From Candidatus Fimimonas gallinarum (lineage in GTDB: Bacteria > Bacillota > Clostridia > Christensenellales > CAG-314), in contig DVHL01000010.1 of the NCBI GenBank assembly GCA_018712065.1, positions 3,028 to 67,027 of the forward strand: DNA of 64,000 bases, read 5' to 3'. The position numbers and the translations under genes are program-made. The notes under the pieces are model-generated. The model searched no databases. It was not told the DNA's origin and was given only the letters and a program-made list of their open reading frames with translations. Below are positions 9,597 to 19,220 of the stretch, piece after piece (within the stretch, counting starts at the first letter, position 1; each line of letters opens with the position of its first letter).

Positions 9597-11273
9597 ATGT
9601 CTTCTGCATATTCCAACAAAACGCACATTACGGCATCCGTCATGAAACGTATGTTTATTGCAGGCGGAAAAATGCTTGAAGTAAACAAGGCGCAGGTGGA
9701 CGCATTGAACGTCTTTCCCGTTCCCGACGGAGATACCGGTACAAACATGTCGCTGACAATGATGTCGGCAGTCAAAGAGATAAATCAACTCACAAGCACA
9801 AGCATGGCGGAGTTTGCCGACAAACTTTCCAAAGGCGCACTGCGTGGCGCGAGAGGAAATTCCGGCGTTATTTTGTCGCAAATTCTCAAAGGTTTTTCCA
9901 ATGTTATTGCAGGCTACGAGGCGGTAGACGCAAGAGCCTTTGCCAAAGGATGGCGTGAGGGCGCACAACTTGCTTACAGCGCCGTTTCCAAACCCAAGGA
10001 AGGCACAATCCTCACCGTGGTGAGAGCCATGGCGGAAGAGGCAATCGACGTTGCCAAGCGCACCAACAGCATTGAAAAACTGATGAACGCCATTTTGGCA
10101 AAGGGCGAGGAAACTTTGGCGCAAACGCCGGACATGTTGGAAGTACTTAAACGTGCAGGCGTTGTGGACAGCGGCGGATTTGGACTTATCACCCTGTTCA
10201 AGGGGCTTATCATGGGCTACTTGGACCAGGAAGTAACCGGCGCCGACGAATATGCCGTTACGGAAAGTAAACCGCAAAAGACCAATTCCGATTTCCCCGA
10301 CGACAGCGAACTGTTTGTGGACTACGAATCGTTGGGACAGTTGGATTTCGGCTACTGCACGGAGTTTTTCATAATCAACATCAAAAAACGCACAACGGTT
10401 ACGGACATTGACAAACTGCGTGATTATCTCAACGAAATAGGCAACTCGGTAATTTGCATAGGCGACCTTTCCATGGTGAAGGTGCACGTTCACACCAACA
10501 ATCCCGGCAAAGCCCTTTCCAAAGCGCTGACATTGGGCGAACTCGACAAGGTAAAAATCGAAAACATGATGGAGCAAAACCGTCAGTTGCGTGCAAAGTA
10601 CGAGGCGGAACGCAAACCCATTGGCTTGCTTGCAGTGTGTTCCGGCGACGGATTTTCCGCAATCTTCAAGGATTTGCTGGTGGATCAGGTAATAGAAGGC
10701 GGTCAGACAATGAACCCCTCTGCCGAAGACATCGCATCTGCCGCACGAAAAATCAACGCCGAAAACATAATTATTTTGCCCAACAACAAAAACATTATTC
10801 TTTCGGCGGAACAATCCCGCACGTTGGTGCAACGCAGAAACATTTTCGTGTTGCCCACCAAGGATTTGCCTCAGGGAATTGCCGCTGTGCTCAATTACAG
10901 CCCCGACGCTTCCCTTTTGGAAAACCTGGAAAACATGACGGCGGCATTTTCCAACATAGACGCAGGTCAGGTAACCTACGCCGTGCGTGATACCGTCATT
11001 GACAATTTCGTCATCAAAAAGGGAAATATTATCGGACTTGACAAGGGAAGTATTGTAACTTCCGGCAAGAGCGTGGAAAAAGTTACAATGTCCCTTATCG
11101 ACAGGATGATGTCGGAAGACAAGGAAGTTGTAACGCTGTACTACGGCAGCGACGTCAAAGAGGAGGATGCCGAAGCCTTTGCTCAGAAGGTGCAGGAAAC
11201 CCACCCCGACATAGAAGTTATCTTGCATTACGGCGGACAGCCTTTGTACTACTACGTTTTGAGTGTGGAGTAG
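9597..11273 (+). CDS. fakA: DAK2-domain fatty acid kinase subunit (FakA/YloV)
   Basis: LNVFPVPDGDTGTNM, GARGNSGVILSQ, KVHVHT, GGQTMNPS, GGQPLYYY. Confidence 0.93.
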   Translation: MSSAYSNKTHITASVMKRMFIAGGKMLEVNKAQVDALNVFPVPDGDTGTNMSLTMMSAVKEINQLTSTSMAEFADKLSKGALRGARGNSGVILSQILKGFSNVIAGYEAVDARAFAKGWREGAQLAYSAVSKPKEGTILTVVRAMAEEAIDVAKRTNSIEKLMNAILAKGEETLAQTPDMLEVLKRAGVVDSGGFGLITLFKGLIMGYLDQEVTGADEYAVTESKPQKTNSDFPDDSELFVDYESLGQLDFGYCTEFFIINIKKRTTVTDIDKLRDYLNEIGNSVICIGDLSMVKVHVHTNNPGKALSKALTLGELDKVKIENMMEQNRQLRAKYEAERKPIGLLAVCSGDGFSAIFKDLLVDQVIEGGQTMNPSAEDIASAARKINAENIIILPNNKNIILSAEQSRTLVQRRNIFVLPTKDLPQGIAAVLNYSPDASLLENLENMTAAFSNIDAGQVTYAVRDTVIDNFVIKKGNIIGLDKGSIVTSGKSVEKVTMSLIDRMMSEDKEVVTLYYGSDVKEEDAEAFAQKVQETHPDIEVILHYGGQPLYYYVLSVE

Positions 11274-11502
11274 TAAATTTCTTTTTGCAGGCGTTTTGCG
11301 TTTCTTTCGGAAATAGCAAGGGTGATTTTGCAGTTGCCGAGAGATACCCTTGACGTGTAAACACGGTTTTAGACGTTTGTTGCCAAACTGTTGTGAAAGG
11401 ACATAAAAGCGGAAATAAAAGACACCAAAGGGCAGAAAGATAAAATACTAAAAAACAGACAACTTAAAACAAAATAGTTTGAACACATCAAACAATGCAA
11501 AA

Positions 11503-11712
11503 CAAACGGCGATACTAACGAGTGTCCGCCGTTTTTTTGGGGGTATTTTATTGTAGTGTAGCTATTTACAAGTGGTACAAAACACTTTGCTGGGCAAACT
11601 CGGCAAGACACGCCGTCGGTAAAATACAAACGAATGAAAGCAAAAGGCGACATTTCACAAACGGCAATGCCCTACAAACGGCGATACTAACGAGTATCCG
11701 CCGTTTTTTTTG
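11503..11712. repeat. Two copies of a ~35-bp terminator-like hairpin about 172 bp apart
   Basis: caaacggcgatactaacgagt(g/a)tccgccgttttttt at ~11503 and ~11675. Confidence 0.8.
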
Positions 11713-11913
11713 TGCAAAATGGAATTTCTCGGCATGGGTTTGAGGTGCGTTCGGCGCAATCAATTTGTGTGATTTTGCAGGCAAAAAGAAGGTTTTTCGT
11801 CTAAATTATTTCGAATGTCAATAAACTACAATAAGGTTAATTTTTCGACAAATATGTGCAGAAAGCGCAATGGTTTGTTGTTGTATAATACTACCGTGCG
11901 CAAAGGGGTGAAC

Positions 11914-12648
11914 GTGAAAAACCTTGTTGTTAGCGTGGCAATTTGCCTTGTAGCGGTGTGCATAGTGGGGGCAATAGGCTGTTATTCCGTGGTGTTTTCC
12001 CAAAAGCGTCAGGTACCGATCTACTGTGTGGACAGGTCGGACAATGTGGTGGCAATAAGTTTTGACGCCGCATGGGGTGCCGACAAAACACGGCAGATAA
12101 TGGACGTGTGTGAAAGTTACGGAGTGAAAGCCACCTTCTTTCTGGTGGGTTTTTGGATGGAAAAGTACCCCGAAATGGTGAAGGAAATAGACCAAAGAGG
12201 TTTCGAGATAGGAACGCACAGTCAGACGCATCCGCAAATGAGCAAACTTTCACGTCAGCAGTGCGCAGACGAGTTGATGCAGTCGTGCAGGACAATTTAT
12301 CAACTTACGGGAAAGCCTGTTTCGCTGTTTCGCCCGCCCTTTGGCGACTACAACAACACTCTTTTGGAAGTTTGCACCGATATGCAACTTTTTGCAGTGC
12401 AGTGGAGCGTGGACAGCCTGGACTGGAAGGGACTTTCCGCCGAGCAAATAGCGGTGCGTGTGCAAAAAGCGCAATCTGGCGACATTATTTTGTGCCACAA
12501 CAACAGCGACCACATTGTGGAAGCATTGCCCCTCATTTTTGAGTGGGCGAAACTGAAAGGGCTGACGTTTGTGCCTGTCGGCGACCTTATTTACCGAGAT
12601 AACTACCGCATCGACAACAGCGGCAAACAAATACAAAACGTAAACTGA
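11914..12648 (+). CDS. Polysaccharide deacetylase (PdaB-like, sporulation-associated)
   Basis: ISFDAAWG, KATFFLVG, GTHSQTHP, FRPPFG, WSVDSLDW, IILCHN; N-terminal TM; GTG start after aaggggtg. Confidence 0.9.
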   Translation: MKNLVVSVAICLVAVCIVGAIGCYSVVFSQKRQVPIYCVDRSDNVVAISFDAAWGADKTRQIMDVCESYGVKATFFLVGFWMEKYPEMVKEIDQRGFEIGTHSQTHPQMSKLSRQQCADELMQSCRTIYQLTGKPVSLFRPPFGDYNNTLLEVCTDMQLFAVQWSVDSLDWKGLSAEQIAVRVQKAQSGDIILCHNNSDHIVEALPLIFEWAKLKGLTFVPVGDLIYRDNYRIDNSGKQIQNVN

Positions 12649-12670
12649 CAAAACACAGAAGGAGAACAAT

Positions 12671-13315
12671 ATGAACAATTTGCAAAACAACGTGGTAACT
12701 CTTGCAGGGGAAATTGTATCGGGGGCGGTGTTTTCCCACGAAACCTACGGCGAAAAATTTTACGAAATAACCCTTGCGGTCAAACGACTTTCCGGCATGG
12801 ACGACTACTTGCCCGTGTCCGTTTCCGAACACCTGCTTTCTGCGGCGGTGAAGGTGGGCAACAAAATTACCGTCTGCGGACAGTTTCGCAGTTACAACAA
12901 GACGGTGGAGGAAAAAAGCAAACTTATGCTTACCGTGTTTGCACGGGACATAATGCCCTTTGACGACACGATAAACCCCAACACACTGAAACTCAACGGC
13001 TACATTTGCAAGCCTCCTGTCTACCGCAAAACGCCCTTCAACAGGGAAATTTGCGACGTACTGATTGCCGTCAACAGACAGTACGGAAAAAGCGACTACA
13101 TTCCTTGTATTGTGTGGGGCAGAAACGCACGATTTGCGCAAAACTTGTCCGTTGGAGAACACATTTGCGTCAGCGGAAGAGTTCAGTCACGCACTTACCA
13201 AAAGAAACTTTCGGAGGAAAACGTGGTTACACGCACGGCGTACGAAGTTTCCGTAAACAAAATAGACGTGGTGGACGACAGTATTTTGCCGACGCCTGCC
13301 GACACCGTTGTGTAA
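12671..13315 (+). CDS. ssb: Single-stranded DNA-binding protein, tandem OB-fold type
   Basis: Two OB repeats (KRLSGMDDYLPV..GQFRSYN; RQYGKSDYIPCIVWG..GRVQSRTYQK). Confidence 0.88.
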   Translation: MNNLQNNVVTLAGEIVSGAVFSHETYGEKFYEITLAVKRLSGMDDYLPVSVSEHLLSAAVKVGNKITVCGQFRSYNKTVEEKSKLMLTVFARDIMPFDDTINPNTLKLNGYICKPPVYRKTPFNREICDVLIAVNRQYGKSDYIPCIVWGRNARFAQNLSVGEHICVSGRVQSRTYQKKLSEENVVTRTAYEVSVNKIDVVDDSILPTPADTVV

Positions 13316-13518
13316 CAGGCGTAAGGTGATTTTACCGTAATGTTCCAAAAACTTGCACACGGTAACAACTTTTTGAAACACTGTGGCATGATACTTGGTC
13401 AATTTTCAACAACTTGCAAGTACTTTTTGAAAAAGCATTTTTGGGCAACAACTTAAATTGCATTGTGTTGAAGGAAAACATTTCCTGCATGTGGAGAACC
13501 TCTCGGATTGTTTTCTTC

Positions 13519-14000
13519 GCCTTGTAGTGCAATGTAAAACTACTTTGCAAAAATGGTACAGCAAAGTGTATTTTCCCTTTCCGACGGCTGTTTGCGGCGC
13601 AACGGACACGTTCACAATTACTGTTGACGTGAATTGCCTTGCGATACCTGAGGCAATACCTTTTGCATTGTCTGATGACAATATATTTCAAATCTGTTCT
13701 GTCAGCCTTGTGGTGCAATGTAGAACACCTTTTACAAAGAGGGTAACAAAAAAAGGTACTTTTCCTTTCCGACGGCTGTTTACGGTGCAACGGACACGTT
13801 CAGAATTACTACTGAATTGAATTTCCGTGCAATACCTGCTGACAATACCTTTTGCATTGTCTGATGACAATATATTCCAAACCTGTTCTGTCAGCCTTGT
13901 GGTGCAATGTAGAACACCTTTTACAAAGAGGGTAACAAAAAAAAGGTACTTTCCCTTTCCGACGGCTGTTTACGGTGCAACAGGAATGTTCACAGTTACT
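13519..14000. repeat. About 2.6 tandem copies of a ~186-189 bp unit
   Basis: gccttgt(a/g)gtgcaatgta at 13519, 13705 and 13894; ttccgacggctgttt in all three. Confidence 0.9.
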
Positions 14001-14069
14001 TTTGACGAAACTTTGTTGTCCATTGAAAGATTGTACAGTACCTTGTTTGAACGGGCGAAATACTACTTC

Positions 14070-14102
14070 AAAAAAAAGCAGACTGCGTAAGTCTGCTTTT
14101 TG
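14070..14102. terminator. Bidirectional intrinsic terminator
   Basis: aaaaaaagcagact-gcgta-agtctgcttttt between convergent ssb and the 14136 gene. Confidence 0.75.
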
Positions 14103-14135
14103 TTTTGCTTAATTTCAATTAGACGTAGAGGCTTT

Positions 14136-16004
14136 TCAGTCGTCAATGTCGTCATCTTCCACCTTGATGCGGATTTTTTTGCGTTTAACAAACAGCACCA
14201 CAAACACAACGGTGAGAATCAATGCAACGCCCAAAATGGAAAGACCCACAATGGCATTGGTGGTTATTTGGTGCAGTCCAATCAGGTTGTCGGTGGGAAT
14301 CCAGCCGTAGGAAGTGGAACCGTCGTTTTTGCGAATTTCCACAAATGTGGCGTTGTTTTCTTCCTTTACGGCAACTACCTGCGAGCCGGAATACAACTTG
14401 ATGACATCGCCGTACTCGTCGCAAATTGCTTCGTTTTCTTCCATGTCGCTTGTAAGATAGATTTTGACCGCTTCAAAAAGAGATGAGTTTATCTTTTTGT
14501 ATCCGATGACTTCTTCGGCGGAAGTGGGGGCGCCTGTAGCATGAAATTGTCCCACGTTACCTGCCGAAACAAAACCTGTTTTGCCTTCGCCGTATTCCAC
14601 ACGGTACCATTCCGTAACGGTGCCGTCGGCGTGATTTTCCGTAAACTTCTGCAAAAGTTTTGCTTCCTGCGGATTGGCTATTGACTGTTGGAAAGTGTCG
14701 CCAGGCTCTATGTCAGAAAGGGGCAACGGGTAGATGAACACCGTGTTGAGCGACGTAAATTTCGCCTTGTAGGTTACATCCTGGCTTATTTGCGTGTTTA
14801 CAATTGTAAGGCGACTGTCGTTTTGCGGTAGCGTTACGCCGTCGCTCTTTTGCACCCAGCCGAACTTGTCGCCAATCAAAACGTAGTAGAAGGGCAAGTC
14901 TTCCGCACCTTCAAAATCCAAAATGATAAATTGACCCGTGTAGTCGGTTTTAATTTCCGAAATGCTGGTGGATGCGTCGGTGGTTTTGTACACAATATTT
15001 GTGGGGTAGCCCTTTGACGACGCAAGCGTGAAACCCGTGAACTGTGCGGGAGTGGGAAGTTGTCCGTCTATCGTAATTGTATCGGTGCCGATGGTGGCTG
15101 GTTGACGTTCAAATTGTTGTTTTTCCGTGTTGTAGGAATAAATTTCCACTTCGTTGGCGCTGTTGAGCAGGAAAATTTTGCCTGCGCCGTAACACATGTC
15201 TTTTACAGTTACGTTGGTAGCGTTGATAAGTGTTCTTTCTGCCGAATATCTTCCGCCGGAAACTTGTTCCAACGTGAATGCTCCGTTTTCACCGAACAGT
15301 GCAAGTTGCGTTGCGCCGTTGACTTGGTAGGAGAATATTCCCAGTATTTCCGTCATTGCAAGGGAAACGCCGTTTTTGTTGAGGGGGTCGTTGGAGTCGA
15401 AACTGGGGGTTATACCTTCTCCTACATTGAGGTTAAGACGTTTCAGGGCGTTGCCGTCTTTTACAAAGTACAGTTGTCCGTCAACTACTGCACAAGCGGT
15501 GGCGTTTTCCGTCGCACTGTCCATAGGAAGGCTACTTGTGTCGTCCAAAGCGTAAACTCTGTCGGCGGCGTAATAGGGTAGAGCGTCGTCACCGTTGCGG
15601 TCTCCGTAGTAGCCGAAGGTGAAATCCACGACGTTTTCCAATTCCAACGTTTTTGTTTTTGTAAGTTGCGTTGCGCCAACTTCAAAAACTTCCACACTGT
15701 CGGCGTACATTACGTAAAGTTGTCCGTCCACTTCGGCAAGATTGACAATTTTTTGAGTAGTGGTGTAGGTGTAGCGGTAGGAAGGTTGACTTGCGGTAAC
15801 GTCAAAACACAAAACGGCGCTTTGATTGTTTGTTTCGTCAACGTTGTCCGCCACAAAAATGTAGTTGTAGACAGTAACTATCGCCGCAGGATTGATAAGA
15901 CTGCGGTTGGCGTCGGCTGTACTTTGCGCAAAAGCGGCAGCAGGTACAACCGCCAACAACACAAGCACTGTCAATACAAATAAAATTGTTGAAATTCGCT
16001 TCAT
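14136..16004 (-). CDS. Secreted, C-terminally membrane-anchored protein (propeller-like N-terminus, SH3b-like repeats)
   Basis: Signal peptide MKRISTILFVLTVLVLLAVVPAAAFA; WYRVEY..KTGFV and YGWIP SH3b-like motifs; C-terminal TM followed by KRKK. Confidence 0.7.
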   Translation of the reverse strand: MKRISTILFVLTVLVLLAVVPAAAFAQSTADANRSLINPAAIVTVYNYIFVADNVDETNNQSAVLCFDVTASQPSYRYTYTTTQKIVNLAEVDGQLYVMYADSVEVFEVGATQLTKTKTLELENVVDFTFGYYGDRNGDDALPYYAADRVYALDDTSSLPMDSATENATACAVVDGQLYFVKDGNALKRLNLNVGEGITPSFDSNDPLNKNGVSLAMTEILGIFSYQVNGATQLALFGENGAFTLEQVSGGRYSAERTLINATNVTVKDMCYGAGKIFLLNSANEVEIYSYNTEKQQFERQPATIGTDTITIDGQLPTPAQFTGFTLASSKGYPTNIVYKTTDASTSISEIKTDYTGQFIILDFEGAEDLPFYYVLIGDKFGWVQKSDGVTLPQNDSRLTIVNTQISQDVTYKAKFTSLNTVFIYPLPLSDIEPGDTFQQSIANPQEAKLLQKFTENHADGTVTEWYRVEYGEGKTGFVSAGNVGQFHATGAPTSAEEVIGYKKINSSLFEAVKIYLTSDMEENEAICDEYGDVIKLYSGSQVVAVKEENNATFVEIRKNDGSTSYGWIPTDNLIGLHQITTNAIVGLSILGVALILTVVFVVLFVKRKKIRIKVEDDDIDD

Positions 16005-16619
16005 TTTAACCTCAAAGTACAACATACTGCAAAGTCGGACATGTCGGCAACTTTCACGGCGCAACAATTGTTTTTACGAAAATGTCATGGCGCCACATTA
16101 CAACGAGTTACCAAATGGCTTTGCAAAACTTTTGGTGTATCAAGTTTTTATATTATAGCAAATATTACTTGTTTTTTCAACAGTTTAAGACATAAATAAA
16201 CATTTTTTGCACTTTTGATTTTTTCTCGATAATTTCTCGATAAAAAATTTTGTTTCAAGCATTTTTACTGTGTGTATTTTACGGAAAAATATCTTTTTGT
16301 AAAGTTCCGACGGTTAAAAGCAACAAAGCGTCTGCGTGTGGCGTTTCAACCTTTCACGACACGTTGCCCAATGCAAAACTTACTAAATTGCTGTTATAAA
16401 TGCGGACAAAATCACATTTCAAACACCTTTGTCGGACGGCGAAGGAAAAACTTCTTTGAAATGTAGCAAATTTAATCTTTCAAATTTTCCGAAAACAAAA
16501 AAGTTGCAAAAATAAGCATCATTTTGAAACGTTGCGATTTTTTTCGCTTAGGCACGGTAAAAATATGTCAAGCCTTTTCAATGCAATTTTACCGTAAAAT
16601 GTTTTTTTGAAAAATTACT

Positions 16620-16900
16620 CATTATGCCATCAAAGACATATTCGACAAAAAACGATGCTTTGTTTTCCATTGGACACAATAAAAATCCGCAAGCCTCTTT
16701 GGTAATCTTTCAGACAATTTATTTGTTGAAATAAACACGCTTATATGCCGTAAAAGACATATTCGACAAAACACAATGCTTTGTTTTCCATTGGAACAAT
16801 AAAAATTCGCAAACCTCTTTCAATGCAATTTTCTTATGAAATGTTGTTTGTCGGAAAAATCACGCTTAAATGTCACAAAAGACATATTCGACAAAAAAAA
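16620..16900. repeat. Three ~121-125 bp tandem units, each with aaagacatattcgacaaaa (includes TTCGACA, the reverse complement of the Spo0A box TGTCGAA)
   Basis: TTCGACA at 16641, 16762 and 16887. Confidence 0.8.
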
Positions 16901-16968
16901 TGATAAAAAAATCGTTGGATTTTGTGAGAAAAAATATTAAAACTGCCAGACTGTTGTCATATTTTCTT

Positions 16969-17003
16969 TGTTATTATAGCCGTGAAAATAGAACAAATGT
17001 TCG
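16969..17003 (+). promoter_or_regulatory. Extended -10 promoter followed by a Firmicutes LexA (Cheo) box
   Basis: TG-T-TATTAT at 16969-16977; aGAACaaatGTTCg at 16990-17003 (GAAC-N4-GTTC), just upstream of RBS aaggagg. Confidence 0.75.
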
Positions 17004-17027
17004 CGAACGATGAAAGGAGGTGTTAAA

Positions 17028-17495
17028 ATGAATTACGAATTGGTAATGTTGAGGGGCATTCCCTATTGTAAAAAAACGGCGCAGCGTTTGCAAAAGCAAT
17101 GCATGTCGACGGCGTTGCGTTCTTTTTCTTCGTCGCAGGCAAAAGGGGGCACATTGGGTCAGATGACGGAAGTTGCCGAACTTGCCCGCATGAGAGATGA
17201 TTTTTTGTATTTTCTTTCCTGCGTCAAAAGTGCGCTTACCGCATTGCCCGACTCTTTCCGAGCGTTACTGGTGGAAATTTACATAAAAAACATAAGCAAA
17301 GAACACATTTGCCAAACCTACGGCGTGTCCATGTCCACCCTGTACCGAAAACTTGCCCGAGCAAGACAGTGTTTCAAAGGCAAGTTGGAATTTTTGGGTT
17401 GCGACGAGCAGTGGTTTGAAAACACCTACGGCGACACCGATTGGGTGCGAAAGTTGCTGGACAAGCAACACAACGGCTCTCGCATTGCATTGTGA
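17028..17495 (+). CDS. RinA/ArpU-like transcriptional activator with C-terminal sigma70 region-4-type HTH
   Basis: ALTALPDSFRALLVEIYIKNISKEHICQTYGVSMSTLYRKLARARQCF fits the sigma4/HTH pattern; strong RBS aaggaggtg. Confidence 0.7.
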   Translation: MNYELVMLRGIPYCKKTAQRLQKQCMSTALRSFSSSQAKGGTLGQMTEVAELARMRDDFLYFLSCVKSALTALPDSFRALLVEIYIKNISKEHICQTYGVSMSTLYRKLARARQCFKGKLEFLGCDEQWFENTYGDTDWVRKLLDKQHNGSRIAL

Positions 17496-17855
17496 TTGCG
17501 CAATGCCGTCGTTGTGATTGTGTGCAACCTGAGGTTACGCTTTCGGTACTGTCTTGCGTGAACATATGCGCACATGTGCATTTGAAAGTTGCCCAAGACC
17601 GTTACTTTTAATCACAAACTTTCTGCGGTATTAAACGATGTTTTGGAAGGTAAAAAGGCAATTTGGAGGGATGTCATTCGGGACGTCTTTATTTTTGCGA
17701 AAATTGTCGCAAATCAACATTCAAATTGACGGCTATTTTGATGTTTGGCATGTTCAGGCACTTTCACAAGCGTTTCAGGCAGTGCGTAACTTTATTTGCA
17801 ACGAGTTCAATTTTTGTACGGTCAACAAGTACTTTTTTGCCTTAAAGTTGCGCCT

Positions 17856-18236
17856 CAGCCCAAAGGCAAGTTTGCTTGAACGTTTCGGGGTTGCAAAGGG
17901 CATTGAACTTTCTGCTGTTATCGTACAAGCATAGTTTACATTTGTTGCAAATGTCGCAAGTTGCCTGAAACGAACCACGGCATTTATCGCACAGCCCAAA
18001 GGCAAGTTTGCTTGAACGTTTCGGGGTTTCAAAGGGCAGTACCTTTTTGTTGTTACACGTCAGCATTAAGCACATTGTTCAGATGCCTGCAAGTTGCCTG
18101 AAACGAACCACGGCATTTATCGCACAGCCCGACGGCAATTTTGCCGTAACGTTTCGGGGTTGCAAAGGGCATTGAACTTTCTGCTGTTATCGTACAAGCA
18201 TAGTTTACATTTGTTGCAAATGTCGCAAGTTGCCTG
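17856..18236. repeat. Three ~133-136 bp tandem units (internal segment pattern A-B-A)
   Basis: cagccc..ggcaa.tttgc..aacgtttcggggtt.caaagggca at 17856, 17992 and 18125. Confidence 0.9.
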
Positions 18237-18377
18237 CAACACGTTGTTGCATCGGCTGTCTATCGCCTGTAAGTTGCAAAATTTTGTTGCCCTAGCCCTG
18301 TTGGTGTCATTGCACAGTAAAACAAACGTGTTTTTAAGGGCGGTGAAAGTCGGGGCAATTTTTGTCGGTGGTTACCG

Positions 18378-19109
18378 TCAGAGGTCTTTGTCGAAGACGT
18401 CTTTCTTTTTGAGGTTTCCCGGCAAAAACAATGCCAGACAAACGCTTACGGCTAGTATTGCCACAAACACGATGAGGAAAATTTCCGTTGTAATGCCCGT
18501 TTCGCCGTCAGGTTCCTCTTCCAAGGGAATGTCGGGAATTTCATCCGTTGGCGGAACAACGACGTCCTGTGGCAAAGGGGTGGGGTGCATGGCAATTATC
18601 GGTTTTGTTACGCAATCGGAGGTTACGTAACCGAATTTGCCGGCAAAGTACACGTAGTACCACGTTTCTCCGTAGGATTTTGTTTCACCGTAGTAACTCA
18701 TGGTTTGAGTGTTGGTAACGGTAATGAGCGTTTCGGCAGAAGGCACGGGAGAAAGTTTCAGTTGCGCCGAATCGGTGTTGACTGTTATTTTTTCCGTCGG
18801 ATAGTAGGGCGGTTGGGGCGGTTCGTCGCAGTCTTCCACCTCGATTTTCCACACGTACCCCGTTATTTGCGGAAAATCCTCTTCGTTTTGCATTATCGCA
18901 ACGTTGTACATGCCGTTTTTCTCCCCCAAAACCTGCAAGTAGTAACTTTTGGGAAGTTCAAACATAACTTTGGAATTTTCGCAGGTGGCGTAGAGATTCA
19001 CGTCATCTTCCGTAATTCTTACCCATTGCACGTCCTGCGCAACTGCCTTTTGGGGAAAGACGGCACACAGGAAAGACAACAGTAATATTGCAACACAAAA
19101 CCTTTTCAC
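18378..19109 (-). CDS. Secreted SH3b-like protein with Pro-rich linker and C-terminal TM anchor
   Basis: Signal peptide (VKRFCVAILLLSFLCAVFPQKAVA), ITGYVW and WYYVYFAGKFGYV motifs, TM followed by KKK; GTG start after ggaggt; divergent from terL. Confidence 0.7.
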   Translation of the reverse strand: MKRFCVAILLLSFLCAVFPQKAVAQDVQWVRITEDDVNLYATCENSKVMFELPKSYYLQVLGEKNGMYNVAIMQNEEDFPQITGYVWKIEVEDCDEPPQPPYYPTEKITVNTDSAQLKLSPVPSAETLITVTNTQTMSYYGETKSYGETWYYVYFAGKFGYVTSDCVTKPIIAMHPTPLPQDVVVPPTDEIPDIPLEEEPDGETGITTEIFLIVFVAILAVSVCLALFLPGNLKKKDVFDKDL

Positions 19110-19220
19110 AAATTTTACCTCCATGCAAATTGTAACGTAAACTTCACATCGGTTTTTGCCGAATATTGATTTTTGCGGGCGAGTATTGACTATTTGAAAA
19201 CTGTAACAGACGGTGGTGAT

